Part shown: piece by piece, positions 1 to 11,527 of the stretch
How positions within the stretch are numbered: the stretch's first letter is position 1
Layout of the letters: each line of letters opens with the position of its first letter
From: Squalus acanthias
Taxonomy: Eukaryota
Assembly (NCBI GenBank): GCA_030390025.1
Contig: CM059428.1
Coordinates: 127,286,001 to 127,350,000 of the forward strand
DNA length: 64,000 nucleotides
Reading direction: 5' to 3'
Notes under the pieces: generated by a model
What the model saw: the letters and a program-made list of their open reading frames with translations, nothing else
Databases searched by the model: none
What the model was told of the DNA's origin: nothing
Position numbers and translations under genes: made by a program

Positions 1-1128
1 CTTCTCCTCAACCCCCTGATGCTCCATGGGACAGAGGGCATCAGCGCAGGGCTGCACTGTGCTGGAAGCGATACCCACAACACAGGGTATACAGGCAGAG
101 GATGAACTTACTCAACATGACTGAGCAGCAGTGCCAAAGGAGGCTCCGGCTATCGCGCCAGGTCGTCACAGACATTTGCAGATTGCTGGAGCAAGACCTG
201 CAGCCCAGAGGACCGGGTGGACACGTCTTACCAGTGGCTGTCAAAGTCACCAGCATCCTCAACTTCTTCACCTCTGCTCCTTCCAGGGATCTGCAGCAGA
301 CATTTGCGGCATCTCGCAGTCAGCCACCCATAGATGCATCACAAAGGTCACCGATGCCCTGTTTGACAAGTCAGCCAATTATATCAACATCGCCACTGAT
401 GAAGCCAGTGTTACTGAGCGGGCGCTCGGCTTTGCCGCCCTGGCTGGCTTCCCACGGGTGCAGAGCGTCATCGACTGCACACATGTGGCAATCAGGGTAC
501 CCCATCATAACCCAGGAGTCTTTTTCAACCGCAAGGGCTTCCACTCCCTCAATGTGCAGCTCGTCTGCAACCATAGGAAGATCATCATGCATGCGTGCGC
601 CAAATTCCCTGGCAGCTGTCAAGACTCTTTCATCCTGCGCCAGTCCACCCTCCTTCAGCTCTTCACACCTCCAAACAGACTTTCCGGCTGGCTGTTTGGA
701 GACAAGGGCTATCCACTGAAGACATAGCTCATGACACCCTTGAGGAGGCCAAGTACTGAGGCCAAGGAGAGATATAATGAAAGCCACATGTCCACCAGAT
801 GTGTCATGAAGCAGACAATAGGCATGCTGCAAATGCGCTTCAGATGCCTTGACAGATCTGGAGGAGCCCTTCAGTACGCACCAGCCAGGGTCTCCAGAAT
901 CATCGTGGTCTGCTGCGCCCTGCACAACATAGTGCAGCAATGAGGATTAGCGCTGCATGAGGAGCAAGGCTCAGAGCGCACAGCCTCTTCAGAGGAGGAG
1001 GAGGAGCATCAGCTGGAAGATGAGGAGAAGGAGGAGCAGAAGGAACTTGCGGTCCAGATGCCAGCAACACCGATCACATTGCTGCCCGGGAGCCCAGGGA
1101 TGGCCTCATCATGGCCAGATTTACATAA
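1..1128 (+). pseudogene. Harbinger DDE transposase (HARBI1-like), disrupted
   Basis: Motifs [41 protein letters not shown] and an acidic tail. Frameshift near 285 and premature stops at 725-727 (TAG) and 941-943 (TGA). Confidence 0.93.
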
Positions 1129-1372
1129 CTTCAGGCATTACACCCATATGGCTGCCATATGCTGTGCCAGGTTCACACCACCCCACAGCAACACCATAAA
1201 GCATCCCTACAATGACCAAGCCATTCCTTTCACACTGATCACCATTGCTGGAGGTAACGTTATGTCTCATCATTCACTCCAACTCACTAAGCCACTTCCA
1301 AAGTTGCAGACAAAATTGGCCATGGGGGAAAGTGGTGAAAATAAATAGCTTTATCTGTGACATAAGAGTAAC

Positions 1373-1713
1373 GGAATGTTCCTGATGGTCGGAGAGTCCA
1401 GAACCAGGTCCATAATCTACGGATAACGGGTAAACCATTTAGGACAGAAATGAGGAAGAATTTCTTCACCCAGAGAGTGGTGAACCTGTGGAATTCTCTA
1501 CCACAGAAGGTAGTTGAGGCGAAGTCATTAAATATATTCAAGGATGAGTTAGATATATTTCTTAAAGCTAAAGGAATCAAGGGATATGGGGAGAAGGCAG
1601 GTACAGGGTACTGAGTTTAGATGGTCAGCCATGATCTCATCGAATGGCGGTGCAGGCTCGAGGGGCCGAATGGCCTACTCCTGCTCCTATCTTCTATGTT
1701 TCTATGTTTCTAT
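1373..1713 (+). mobile_element. CR1 LINE 3' fragment inserted between the two Harbinger genes
   Basis: Encodes the CR1 ORF2 C-terminus (RKNFFTQRVVNLWNSLP), ends in (TTCTATGT)n, and is flanked by a TAAC duplication (1369-1372 / 1714-1717). Confidence 0.88.
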
Positions 1714-1759
1714 TAACACAAACAGCTATTAAAACACCCAAGTGTTTACCCTTGTGCAT

Positions 1760-3625
1760 CTACTTGTGTGTCAGCTTTCTCTTACGCGTGCTTCTACGAG
1801 GTGAAACCCCTGTGGCTTCAGCAGAGGTAGAGGCAGCCTGCTCACTTCCCTGCTGTGACTGCTTAGACACTTTTGGCAGACGTCTTCTGGGTCTTGGAGC
1901 CTGTGATGGCCCCGCCAAAGTCTGTTCATCCTGCAACTGTGCAGGGGCAGACTCGGCCATCGCAATCCCAGGAGGCATGTGGTGCTCTGACTGAGGGGGA
2001 GACAACGGGGGAGAAGTGGGAGTGCTTTGAGAGGAGCCCCCACTTCCATGTCCCCTCTCACCGTCAACCCTCTCATGGGCCACCCGCACTTCCCTGCTAG
2101 CAAGGAGCTGGAGAGCACCTTGCTGAACAGCAGTGGGGCCATGAGGACCCAAGTCTACGTTGACATTCCTCCTAGAGAGGAGGTCTATGAGCCTCTGCCA
2201 TCTATTCTCCACAGATAGCATGTGCTCATGTGAGTGGCGCATTAGCTGCTCCATGTAGGTGGCCATCCTTTCCATGGAAGAGCCTACAGTCACCCTCGCC
2301 TGCGACACGGTAGTGCTCATGTTGGAGATGGACTCCTCCATTCTCTGCACATTTGCAGACATCGTGGTCACAAAACCTGTCAAAGCCTCCTGCACTTCTT
2401 CCCACACCTCCTGGATTGCCCTCTTTCTGGATGGCCCCTGAGGCTGAGCGTCTGCACGCAGCTGAGCAGAGCTGGGAGCATCCTGCGCCCTCCGGCGAGG
2501 AGCCTCCACTGCTGTCCCTGTCTCCACCATCTGCTCTTGCTCACATGTGACTTGTGACACACCAAGTGACAACACTACTCTATCTCGCATGGAACCCACC
2601 GAGGTGTAAGTGTCTGCGCTGGTGCTGGGTGCACCCTCAGAGGCTGCAGGCTCCTCTGAGGAGTCGTCTTCCTCTTCCTCCTGTACAGTGGGGCGGGGTG
2701 GGGGGGGAGTAGGGGGGTACTCTTGATGCACCTGTGGGAGAGTAAAGAGATGATTTAGAAATGTCATATCAAGAATGGGTACAGACACCATTATGCACAT
2801 GCTGACCATTCACTGGCTGCTGACATCAGTGTCCATATGAGTGACTGCTGTATGCCATGTGGCTGTATGAGATGTAATTCTGTCACCAGGTTGCTGAAAT
2901 GTCCCCCTCTCTCTGTCTCCCACCACCAGCTGCTCTGCAACTCCTGAGACTTCCAGGGCGACCTCCTCAGCTGAAGTCAACATGGCCAATGATGGAGGGC
3001 CACCTCCGGTTCTCTCCCTCTCCCTCTTATTGTGGGCTCTCTTCTCCTTCAAGGAGGGAAAGAAGCGAAGTTTGAGTGAGAGTGATGGAATGAGTGTAAG
3101 GAATGGACGGGTTACATCTGTAGAGGATGACTATGAGGGAGTGTGGTGCCAATGCCAAATGGCCTCCTTGTGTGTTGTTAGTTGGTATGATTGCATTAGG
3201 ATGAGGGTGAGTGTGAGGGGTGGTTAGTCAGATGGGGATGTGATAATGTAGATAGAGAGGGATGGGTGGACGTGCAAGGTATGTTGGTGTGAGGAATGAT
3301 GTGCAGGAGCAGGCTTGGGAAGGCAGAGTGATGGGGATATGATGAGAGGCACAGCAGGATGAAGTTGAGTGTGGCTTTACACTCACCTTTCCTGATCTAA
3401 TGAGGTCATTGAAGTGCTTCCGGCACTGCACCCAGGTCCTCCTCACCACATCCCTGCTGTTCACCTCCTCTGCTATCTTGAGCCAGGCTCTTTTGGTCTG
3501 CTGGCGAGGTCTCTTGCATAATCAAAAGGTAAGAGGACCTCCCTGCGTGCTCTCACTCCCTCCACAAGCATATGGAGGGAGTCATCTGAGAACCTGGGCA
3601 CAGCCCTCTGTCTCTGTGCAGTCAT
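1760..3625 (-). pseudogene. Harbinger Myb/SANT-like DNA-binding protein gene; exons 3625-3387, 3046-2887, 2731-1760
   Basis: Exon 1 reads MTAQRQRAVPRFSDDSLHMLVEGV...AWLKIAEEV...RTWVQCRKHFNDL then AAG|GTGAGT. Exon 2 has the TGGGPP motif. Exon 3 is a long low-complexity/helical ORF ending in RKRKLTHK. There are frameshifts in exon 1 and near the start of exon 3. Confidence 0.85.
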
Positions 3626-3878
3626 GTTTCCAAGGCTTAGCAACACCCAAATGCTCTAATACAGTGCCTGCACGCTCCTAGATGAACCTTTAAATGCGAT
3701 GCGGCCAAGGCTCCTTTACATATCTCCGCTGGAAATGAGTCATCAATGATGTCATCAGACCCGCACCATTTAATAGGGCTGGGTAATGCACAAGCCTGCC
3801 TTAATAGGCCTCATTAAGGGAAAGTCGTTCTGAGGAGCGGCATGAAATGAGGAACGGGGTCCCAACCTGCCGGGGTAA

Positions 3879-4063
3879 ACAAAAGAGAAGGACGATGCAA
3901 ACATTGTAGTTAAGGAGGAGTGTGAAATATTAGATGAGATAAACATAGTGAGAGAGGAAGTATTAAGCAGTTTAGCATCTTTGAAAGTAAATAAATTGCC
4001 AGGCCCGAATGAAATGTACCCCAGGCTGTCAAGAGAAGCAAGGGAGGAAATAGCACAGGCTCT
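3879..4063 (+). mobile_element. Internal CR1 ORF2 fragment without 3' tail
   Basis: Translates as KEKDDANIVVKEECEILDEINIVREEVLSSLASLKVNKLPGPNEMYPRL, similar to the CR1 ORF2 segment at 39027-39150. Confidence 0.85.
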
Positions 4064-5656
4064 TTCGGACCCGCTCCCGGTGGTTCAATTTTAAAGGGAT
4101 ACTTTGTCAAAGGCAAGTAATGATATTGCAATTGCACTAGGCAAAGTGGGAATTGTAAATACTTTAACTTAAAAAACCAATTGTATAATTTTTAGTCAGC
4201 ACCACCAGCCACAGTACACTCCGGCAAGGTGCCACAGCAATTTTGCTGCCCCTTACCTGAGAAGGTGATACAGCAGTCATATCCCCAGGGTCATCCCCAG
4301 TGCCCATCCAAATTATGATAATTGCCCTGACCTCAGGAAATTGACTGGGGTCAGATGCGCTGACATGGAGCAGGAGGAAGTCCCGCCCTGTGGAAGGTCT
4401 GCCACCACTGTAGCAAAGAAAAAAAGCCCACCCCATTATCTTCATTCTGTAAATGTAGTATTAGCTACGGTGAACGCTGGTTGTGGCAACAATTAGAAGA
4501 TTAATCATAGAAAGACACACAAGTATAAGATAAATAAACAATTCAAAATATTTCCCACCTACATCTAAAATTCACTACTCCACATTGTAAAAGAAAGCCA
4601 GAATTTACATAAATATACCAAATAAAGGTTAAAAAAAATAATGATGAAAAGTGCATCCTTTCTGATATGAAATTCTACAAACCTGAAGAGTTATATACAG
4701 GAGGATGAAGAGAAAAAATGTCAGCATTTTGTTGGTATATATGAAATGTGAGAGGACAGCTGGCATTAAAGAGAGAAAAAAAGACATCTGACAACAAAGT
4801 GATAAAATTGTTCAATCAAATACACAAGCAAAATATCATAAATAAAGGGGCCATAATATGCTGTGTCAGGGCATCGAATGGCATCTGCTGTTAGGTAGAC
4901 TTGCCCTTGCACGTTTAGGTTTTTAACAATTTCTGCATGGCAAGTTGCTGAAAGTACGAGTCGATAATGTCGCAGCGAGGGAAACCGGGCATCTGGGATC
5001 TGAGCAACTGTGCATCTCTTTAATCAATCAGATTGAAGCATTGTGAAGTAATCAGTGCAAGAACTAAGAAAAAAGTGGGTGAATTCACTGTCAAATCAGG
5101 TACAGAAAGAGAAATAAAGGGCTCGATTTTAATAGCCCTGAGGAGGTGGCTTTGGAGGCGGGTCGGCAGCGAAAATCGGAAAAAATGGCTTCAGACTGCA
5201 ACCCGCCTCCATCCCGCCCCCACGCGATTTTCGTGAGTGTCGGGTCAGCAGCTCCCAAACTGACCCAACGAGAACCGGTGGGACAGGTAGTTAAGGCAGT
5301 TAACAGCCTGTTAACTGCCTTGCTAATCCTATTTTTGTAGTGGTTTCCCATTTTCATGCTTCTGGCTCCTGTTTCCCGTCTTGTCAGAAACACACCAGCT
5401 GCAAGGAGATGAGCTTCTCAAGGACATGATTTGTAGACATTGGTGGAGCACTTTAAAAGCGCTCCTGTAACATGGCTGACATTCAAATGCAACAACTTTG
5501 TTGTTGGAGGTTTGGGATAAGATTTTGCAAATCTGCTGACCTTGTGAATGTTCAAGCTGACATCCATCTGCAGTGTTACCTGATTGGAATAATTTCAGGC
5601 CACTTTGAGTGTGCGCTTGCAAGCTTCTTGCCTCAACTGAAATCTATAGCAACGGG

Positions 5657-6945
5657 ATGGGAACCATTTACATCCTCTCATCCTGGTCATCAGATTCGGA
5701 GGAAGAGCAGCCGCGGCAGCACCACAACCAGCCACAACAGCAGCAACAGCACCAGGAGCGTCAACCTCCTCCTCACCCACCTGATGATGCACAGGGCGGA
5801 GGGCCTCAGCACAGGGCTGCACCTCGCCGCAGAATATACCCCCAACACAGGGTTTACAGGCAGAGGATCAGCTTCCTCAGCATGACTGAGCAGCAGTGCC
5901 AAAGGAGGATGAGACTTTCGAGAGACGTAGTCGCTGACATCTGCGCAATGCTGCACCAACACCTGGAGCCCAGAGGAGTGGGTGGACACTCCTCACCAGT
6001 TGCTGTCAAAGTCACCATCGCACTCAACTTCTTTGCTTCGGGCTCCTTCCAGTGATCAGCTGCAGACATCAGCGGCATCTCCCAGTCGGCCGCACAAGCC
6101 TGCATCACGCAGGTTACCGATGCCCTCTTTGCAAAGGCCCACAATTACATCCACTTCTCCATGGATGGCCCAAGTGTGACCGCGCGTGCGGTTGGCTTTG
6201 CCAATATGGCAGGCTTGCCAATGGTGCAGGGCGTCATAGACTGCACACATGTAGCCATGAGGGCCCCCTATCACAACCCAGATGTATTTGTCAACCGCAA
6301 GGGATTCCACTCCCTGAACGTCCAGCTGGTGTGTAACCACAGGAGGATCATCATGCATGTTTGCGCAAAATACCCTGGCAGTTGCCATGACTCCTTCATC
6401 CTGCGCCAGTCTACTGTGCCTCAGCTCTTCCATCCGCCAACCCAACTTTCCGGATGGCTTCTTGGCGACAAGGGCTATCCCCTGAAAAAGTGGCTAATGA
6501 CACCGATGAGGAGGCCATCAAATGATGCTGAGGAGCAGTACAATCTGAGTCATTTATCCACCAGAAGCATCATCGAGTAAACTTGCTCAAAATGCGCTTC
6601 CGATGCCTAGACAGATCTGGTGGAGCCGTGCAGAATGCACCAGCCAGGGTGTCCAGAATCGTTGTGGTCTGCTGTGCCCTGCACAACATCGCACAGCAGC
6701 GCGGCTTAGCGCTGCCAGATGAACAAGTGGCTCAGCACACAGCCTCCTCGGAGGAAGAGGAAGAGGAGGAGGAAGTAGACGAGGGAGAGGACGAGGAAGA
6801 GGACAAGGAGGAGAATGAGGAGGAGGACGAGGAGGAGGACAGGGAGCGATGCCTTGCGAGGCCGGATGTGGCCAATCCAGCAGCAGGCGACCACATTGCT
6901 GGCCGTCAGGCAAGGAATGCACTCATCCATGCCAAATTTGCGTAA
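5657..6945 (+). pseudogene. Harbinger DDE transposase, full-length but disrupted
   Basis: ATG at 5657; motifs [35 protein letters not shown] and a poly-E tail. Stops at 6053-6055 and 6578-6580, plus a frameshift near 6581. Confidence 0.93.
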
Positions 6946-7131
6946 GCTCACGCTTCAACCACAGGTGGCTGGCACATGGAGATGAATATAAGTCCGACAT
7001 TCTCAAAACCCCAGGCATCATCTGCCCAATAAACGGTGGTTTGTGCACAGTGCCACCACCAACATTCTACATGGAATTCGCCCTGAGCCCTCACTCTTGA
7101 ACTTCCATTTCCCAGAACACAGAGGCCACAC

Positions 7132-7371
7132 TTTAGTTGATCTCAGCAGATCATTAAACCTTTTTCGACACTGAACCCATGTGCGTCTGCACACAGACCT
7201 CGAACTCACCTCCTCAGCAACTTGCAGCCAAGTTGCCTTGGTTTGCTGAGGAGGCCTCCTCCTTCCGTTTCCAGGGAAGAGGACCTCCTGACGCCCTCTA
7301 ACTCCCTCCACAAGAGCATGGAGAGAGCCCTCATTGAACCTGGCTGCAGCCTTAGTTTTTGGGGCTGCCAT
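7132..7371 (-). pseudogene. Harbinger Myb/SANT exon 1 (downstream exons not found)
   Basis: MAAPKTKAAARFNEGSLHALVEGV...TWLQVAEEV...RTWVQCRKRFNDL, followed by GT at the position equivalent to the copy 1 donor. Confidence 0.85.
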
Positions 7372-7728
7372 TCCTGCAGAAGCCAGCACTATTAACAAAA
7401 AAAAACTAATGCTTCTGCAAAGGGGACATGGCCCCTTTAAATCTTTCCTGAAACAACACATCATCAGAGGCGAGAACCTGACACTCTGCAATTATTGGAG
7501 GGATTCGCACGTCGGCCGTAACGAGGCCAATCAAGCTAAAATCTTAACTGCGGGGCGGCAACATCCGGGAACAGGTCTGAAAGACGCCGAGCAGCGGACC
7601 CGCCGTCAACCCGCCTCCTTTATTGAAATCGCAGCCAAAGAGAGGGAAAGAAAGATTGGATTAAGAGAGAGAAAAAAGAGACAGAAAGGAAAAGTAAAAA
7701 AAAATTGAATTTAAATTTTACGTTTATA

Positions 7729-8620
7729 GGGGGAAAAATTCAGTATCGCCCCGTTTGGGGCGCAATTATCGGCTGGGCGCAAAGATTAGCGCCTGGAGCT
7801 AATTATCGCCTCCGACTGCAAACTTGGCTTCTATCGCCCCTGTAGGTGATTGGAGCGCTAAATCAGGCACTTCACACCTGTCTTAAGGCGCAAAGGCCGA
7901 GGAGCGAGGCGCTACCTCAGAGCGCTGGCGAAGCTCATGTGATGTCAGTCAGCAATGGAACAGAGACACAATGGCGCCGGCCAGTTCTTAAAGGGGAGGG
8001 TTGATCTTGCTCTCCATCCACATCCTGCTCATTGCAGCCTTGAATCTCGGCCTGGAGAGACCTGTACATCAAATCTGCTGGAAAGAACAATGGAGAGTAC
8101 CAGGGAAAGAGCTCAGAGTGCAGCCCCCACAGTCTCTTCTAAATAGATGCAAGGAAGGGCAAATCAAAATGAACCTGCAAAGTGCTGCTCAGTACCCAAA
8201 ACTCCTTCACACAGCGTTGAATCTCTCCAGAAGTCTCTCTCTCTCTCTCAGAATGCGTGATGCAAAAATGTCACCAACAAAAAAAGGCAGGAAGCGTTCG
8301 CCTTTAAATAGCGCTCCCCCAGTCCCTTCCTGACTGCAAAACGCTCCCCTCAACCTGTTGTTGCTAGCGGCAGGCGGTAAGGCAGGGGGCGCCACTCAAT
8401 ATCCGCTCCAGGGCACTACCGGGGCATTGCGCACTCGACTGACGTCACGATCTGCCGGTGCAGGAGATCATGGCGGTAGTGTTTAGCGCCGCCGCAAAAT
8501 GTCTGGTCAATTTCGCGAGAGGCGCAGATATCGCCGCGCCCAGGCACTAGTTGCTTTGCGCCCCATTAACGCCCTCTTACGGCGCTAACGGGAGGCGCAA
8601 ACCAACTGAATTTTTCCCCC
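7729..8620. mobile_element. CpG-rich non-autonomous DNA transposon (MITE)
   Basis: Perfect 16-bp TIR GGGGGAAAAATTCAGT / ACTGAATTTTTCCCCC, TA on both flanks, no coding capacity. Confidence 0.88.
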
Positions 8621-9749
8621 TAAATCTTCAACATCAATTAATACCTGCAGGAATGAGACTCCACACTTGTAAAAGTTAATTTTTGGTACCAGAGAAGTTT
8701 ATTGGCAATAATTAACATTTACCACGTCGTTAAAAGGGTACTTAGACTTGAAATGACAAGGCTTAACTTTCTGTGGCGAGTTTAATTCGTATTTACCACA
8801 CAGGTACTGTAACTTCATGCCGTTCAATGCATTTCTATGGTGAGTCAGACAGCGAGATATCGTTTTCACCAAGCTAACAGCAGAGCAGCGCAGCTCGGAA
8901 AGCAACTTTTAGATATTCACGTTTCACAGCGCATCTGCCCCTCGCTGAAGTTGCTGTCCAAAAACTAATTATTGTATTTCAAAATATTAAAGTTGGTTGT
9001 AGCCAGAGATCCTTGAGGAATTTCTTTCCCTCAAAGTGAATTTGCCATATCTCAGTTGCAATTACAGGGTTTCAATCCCTCAGGATTTACAGGCTCATCC
9101 TGTCTCTGCACATGGTAATGATATTTCAAATTGTAAGACGGCCGGCCTGATTACTGCACTCTTACCGATCTAGGCTATAAATTAGGTTGCTCAACCCATT
9201 TAGGTTAATCAGATACAATGTTTGGACACATCATCACTCAACAAACTACAGCATATTGGTCCTTGTGTGCTGTACATTTAGATAACATTTCCAGTAGACA
9301 GCCGTTCTGTGCATTGTGACTAGTCCGGGCACATGCTGATCAAATTATTGCCTAGTAATAACATGCACACACCAATCCAAGGACATACTATAAATGCTAA
9401 CCAGGCACGAGCATTGGACGCTTCAGCAGTCGAAGTGCTGTTAATTGATAGCCCTACTATTCACAAAAAATCTCTGCTGATTGCACTGTAATAGTTCTGT
9501 ACCATTTTTGACCTCTTCAGCGACTGTGCAGGATCCGTTTGTATTCATGTTAATTCTCTGCGTTTCAATTGACCCGATCACTGACCATAAAATGTTTTGG
9601 TAATATAGTAAAATTCAGACTTTAAGGAATGTACATCCAGGAGGTTTATTTCTGTCTAAAATAGTCTTGGGAATACTGCCAGGAACCTGACCAGGCCGTT
9701 TACTGCAACAATCAGGCAAGCAGATGTCCTGCCCCACCACTGCCGCCAA

Positions 9750-10030
9750 AAAGGATACAGTATATGTGTCATTTGAGACATGATATGTGGCAAGTGTAGC
9801 ATGCTTGGGAGGAAAAGGTGTCTTTGGACCTATGGTTCACAAAGCTCTTCACCACTGAGGTTTTCCTCATGTCATTTCTGGGTCTGTTGTAGACTAATTG
9901 ATAGAGATTGATTGCTATGATTAATCAACAACTCCATTATCGTTGTATCGTGCGACTACCAGGATTGTAGAAGACAATCTAGATGGACTTTGGTCTTTTT
10001 TTGTCTAGCAATTCCTATGTTCCTATGATA
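9750..10030 (+). mobile_element. Old CR1-type LINE 3' end
   Basis: Ends in the TTCCTATG tandem tail typical of CR1 3' ends. Confidence 0.5.
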
Positions 10031-10405
10031 TAAATATGTAAAGAGAAGGGATCTAATCATAGATCTTCTTTGTTTGAAGGGTAATTTAAAGTTGATTACT
10101 GTATGTACAGTTCTAAAATTGTCTGAACTTGTCTCTGAGGAAATTAAAAACATTCTGAAGAAACTAATGAGCTCCCTCTACAAAAGGTAATTAAATAACC
10201 TTTAATGTCACCTCTCTCAGGGATTGTAGACAGCTTGTTAACACCTTCATTTTACAATGTGACTGCAAGGATGAGGCTCTGAAAAGCATCCACAATTATT
10301 GCTTTGTTGTAGTTCTTGGATTTCTGTCACCAACAATTATCTCTTATTCCATGACCATGATCTGAGAACTGTCTTATAAACTGAATGTGACAATTTCCAA
10401 CCACA

Positions 10406-10730
10406 GAACATAAGATGGGATAGGATTGGATGAAGATGGTCGTTCAGCCCATTTGATCGCATCCTTCTAGTATGCCAACCTTACTTACCGTTTTCCCACT
10501 CCAGTATCTAAATGTTTCTTAAACAAGTCCAGTGTCTTGGTCCTAAACACCTTTGCTGGGAAGTCATTCCAAGTGTTGATCACCTTCTATGTAAAGAGGG
10601 AATTCTTGATGTCTGTCCTAGATTTGCCACTTATAACTCAAAAGTTGTACCCACTTGTGTTGTTGTCAATAACACATCTGAAAGTATTATTCCAGGTTGA
10701 CTTCCTCTTTGCTGTCAAATATCTTAAGTT
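10406..10730 (-). mobile_element. Degraded CR1 LINE 3' fragment
   Basis: AGAACATAAGA tail complement and a degenerate match to the CR1 C-terminal segment (TTCCAAGTGTTGATCACCTTCTATGTAAAGA). Confidence 0.65.
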
Positions 10731-11437
10731 CCTGTAGAAAATCCCCTCTGATTCTTCTTCTTGTTGGTTGGCTTGATATCCGATAACAAATAACACTATT
10801 GGTAATTGTGTTTTGTTTCCTTGTGTAAAACACAATCAACTGGAACTTAATAAAAAAATTATGAATAATAAATGCATTGCAGCTCTCAACAATATCCTGA
10901 ATAATGATAGGGAAATGTTTTAGAATTTGCATCACCTTCTGAGTCCAAGGTAGTGGGATGGAGGAGAATATTTTCAAAAACAAATCTGCAAAATGGCACT
11001 TTTAACTAACCTGTGGGGAGGGAAAATCCTCTGCATTAGAAGTAGCAAAATCATAAACATAGTTATAAACAATACATTTATGGTATTGCGACACCTAGTA
11101 CAGAAGAAATCTTCCTCGTTGGTTTAAAACGATACAGGAAGTAGCTTATATTTAACCATTTCTTATGGTCTCGTGACTGAAAAGGTAATGTTAATAAGGT
11201 ATTAGCTTCATGAAAAAGTGTTTGGCACACATTTTTTTGCAGGAGTAGCTGTGTGGCATCACAATGAAATTACTCAAAAGTGATGTAAACATTTTTCAGC
11301 ACGATCTACATCCCAATGTTATAGACTTGTTCACAAACAAAGAAGGTTTGCCAAACACCTTTTCAGAAAAGCCTGTCCCTTTAACAAAGTTCGCAGTAAG
11401 TTAAAGAAAAATTACTCTCTCAAAAATAAAAAAGTCG

Positions 11438-11527
11438 GGATTTCCCACTTCTGTGCTTGCCAGCCCGTGATTTTCCGCTTGAACAGATGGAGAATCGTAC
11501 ACTAGCGAGTACAGGAGTAGAAAATCC
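11438..11527. repeat. Small degenerate inverted-repeat element (mini-MITE)
   Basis: Arms GGATTTCCCACTTCTGTGCTTGCCAG and CTAGCGAGTACAGGAGTAGAAAATCC are reverse complements with transition mismatches. Confidence 0.6.

Larger units (their letters stand above)
1..4093. mobile_element. PIF/Harbinger DNA transposon copy 1 (left end outside window): transposase (+) and Myb/SANT gene (-) in convergent arrangement
   Basis: Transposase remnants at 1-1128 and a three-exon Myb-like gene at 1760-3625 on the opposite strand. The subterminal region 3700-4093 aligns by eye with the reverse complement of the left end of the 16124-17797 element. Confidence 0.9.
5119..7636. mobile_element. PIF/Harbinger transposon copy 2, internally deleted
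   Basis: Imperfect TIRs GGGCTCGATTT / AAATCGCAGCC with AAA on both flanks. Contains the transposase (+) and Myb exon 1 (-). Confidence 0.9.
4848..8960. mobile_element. Old non-autonomous DNA element (MITE family A-like) split by two later insertions
   Basis: Segments 4848-5118, 7637-7728 and 8621-8960 share motifs with 29213-29981 (AATGAGACTCCACA, ACAAGGCTTA, GAAAGCAACTT). Right end uncertain. Confidence 0.65.

Noticed and set aside
131-943. Domesticated HARBI1 gene
   Set aside because: Stops, frameshifts, multiple copies and TIR context indicate transposon relics.
6747-6845. GAG-rich tandem repeat or array
   Set aside because: Encodes the acidic tail of the transposase; there is no repeat-spacer structure. 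No CRISPR-like array was seen in the window.
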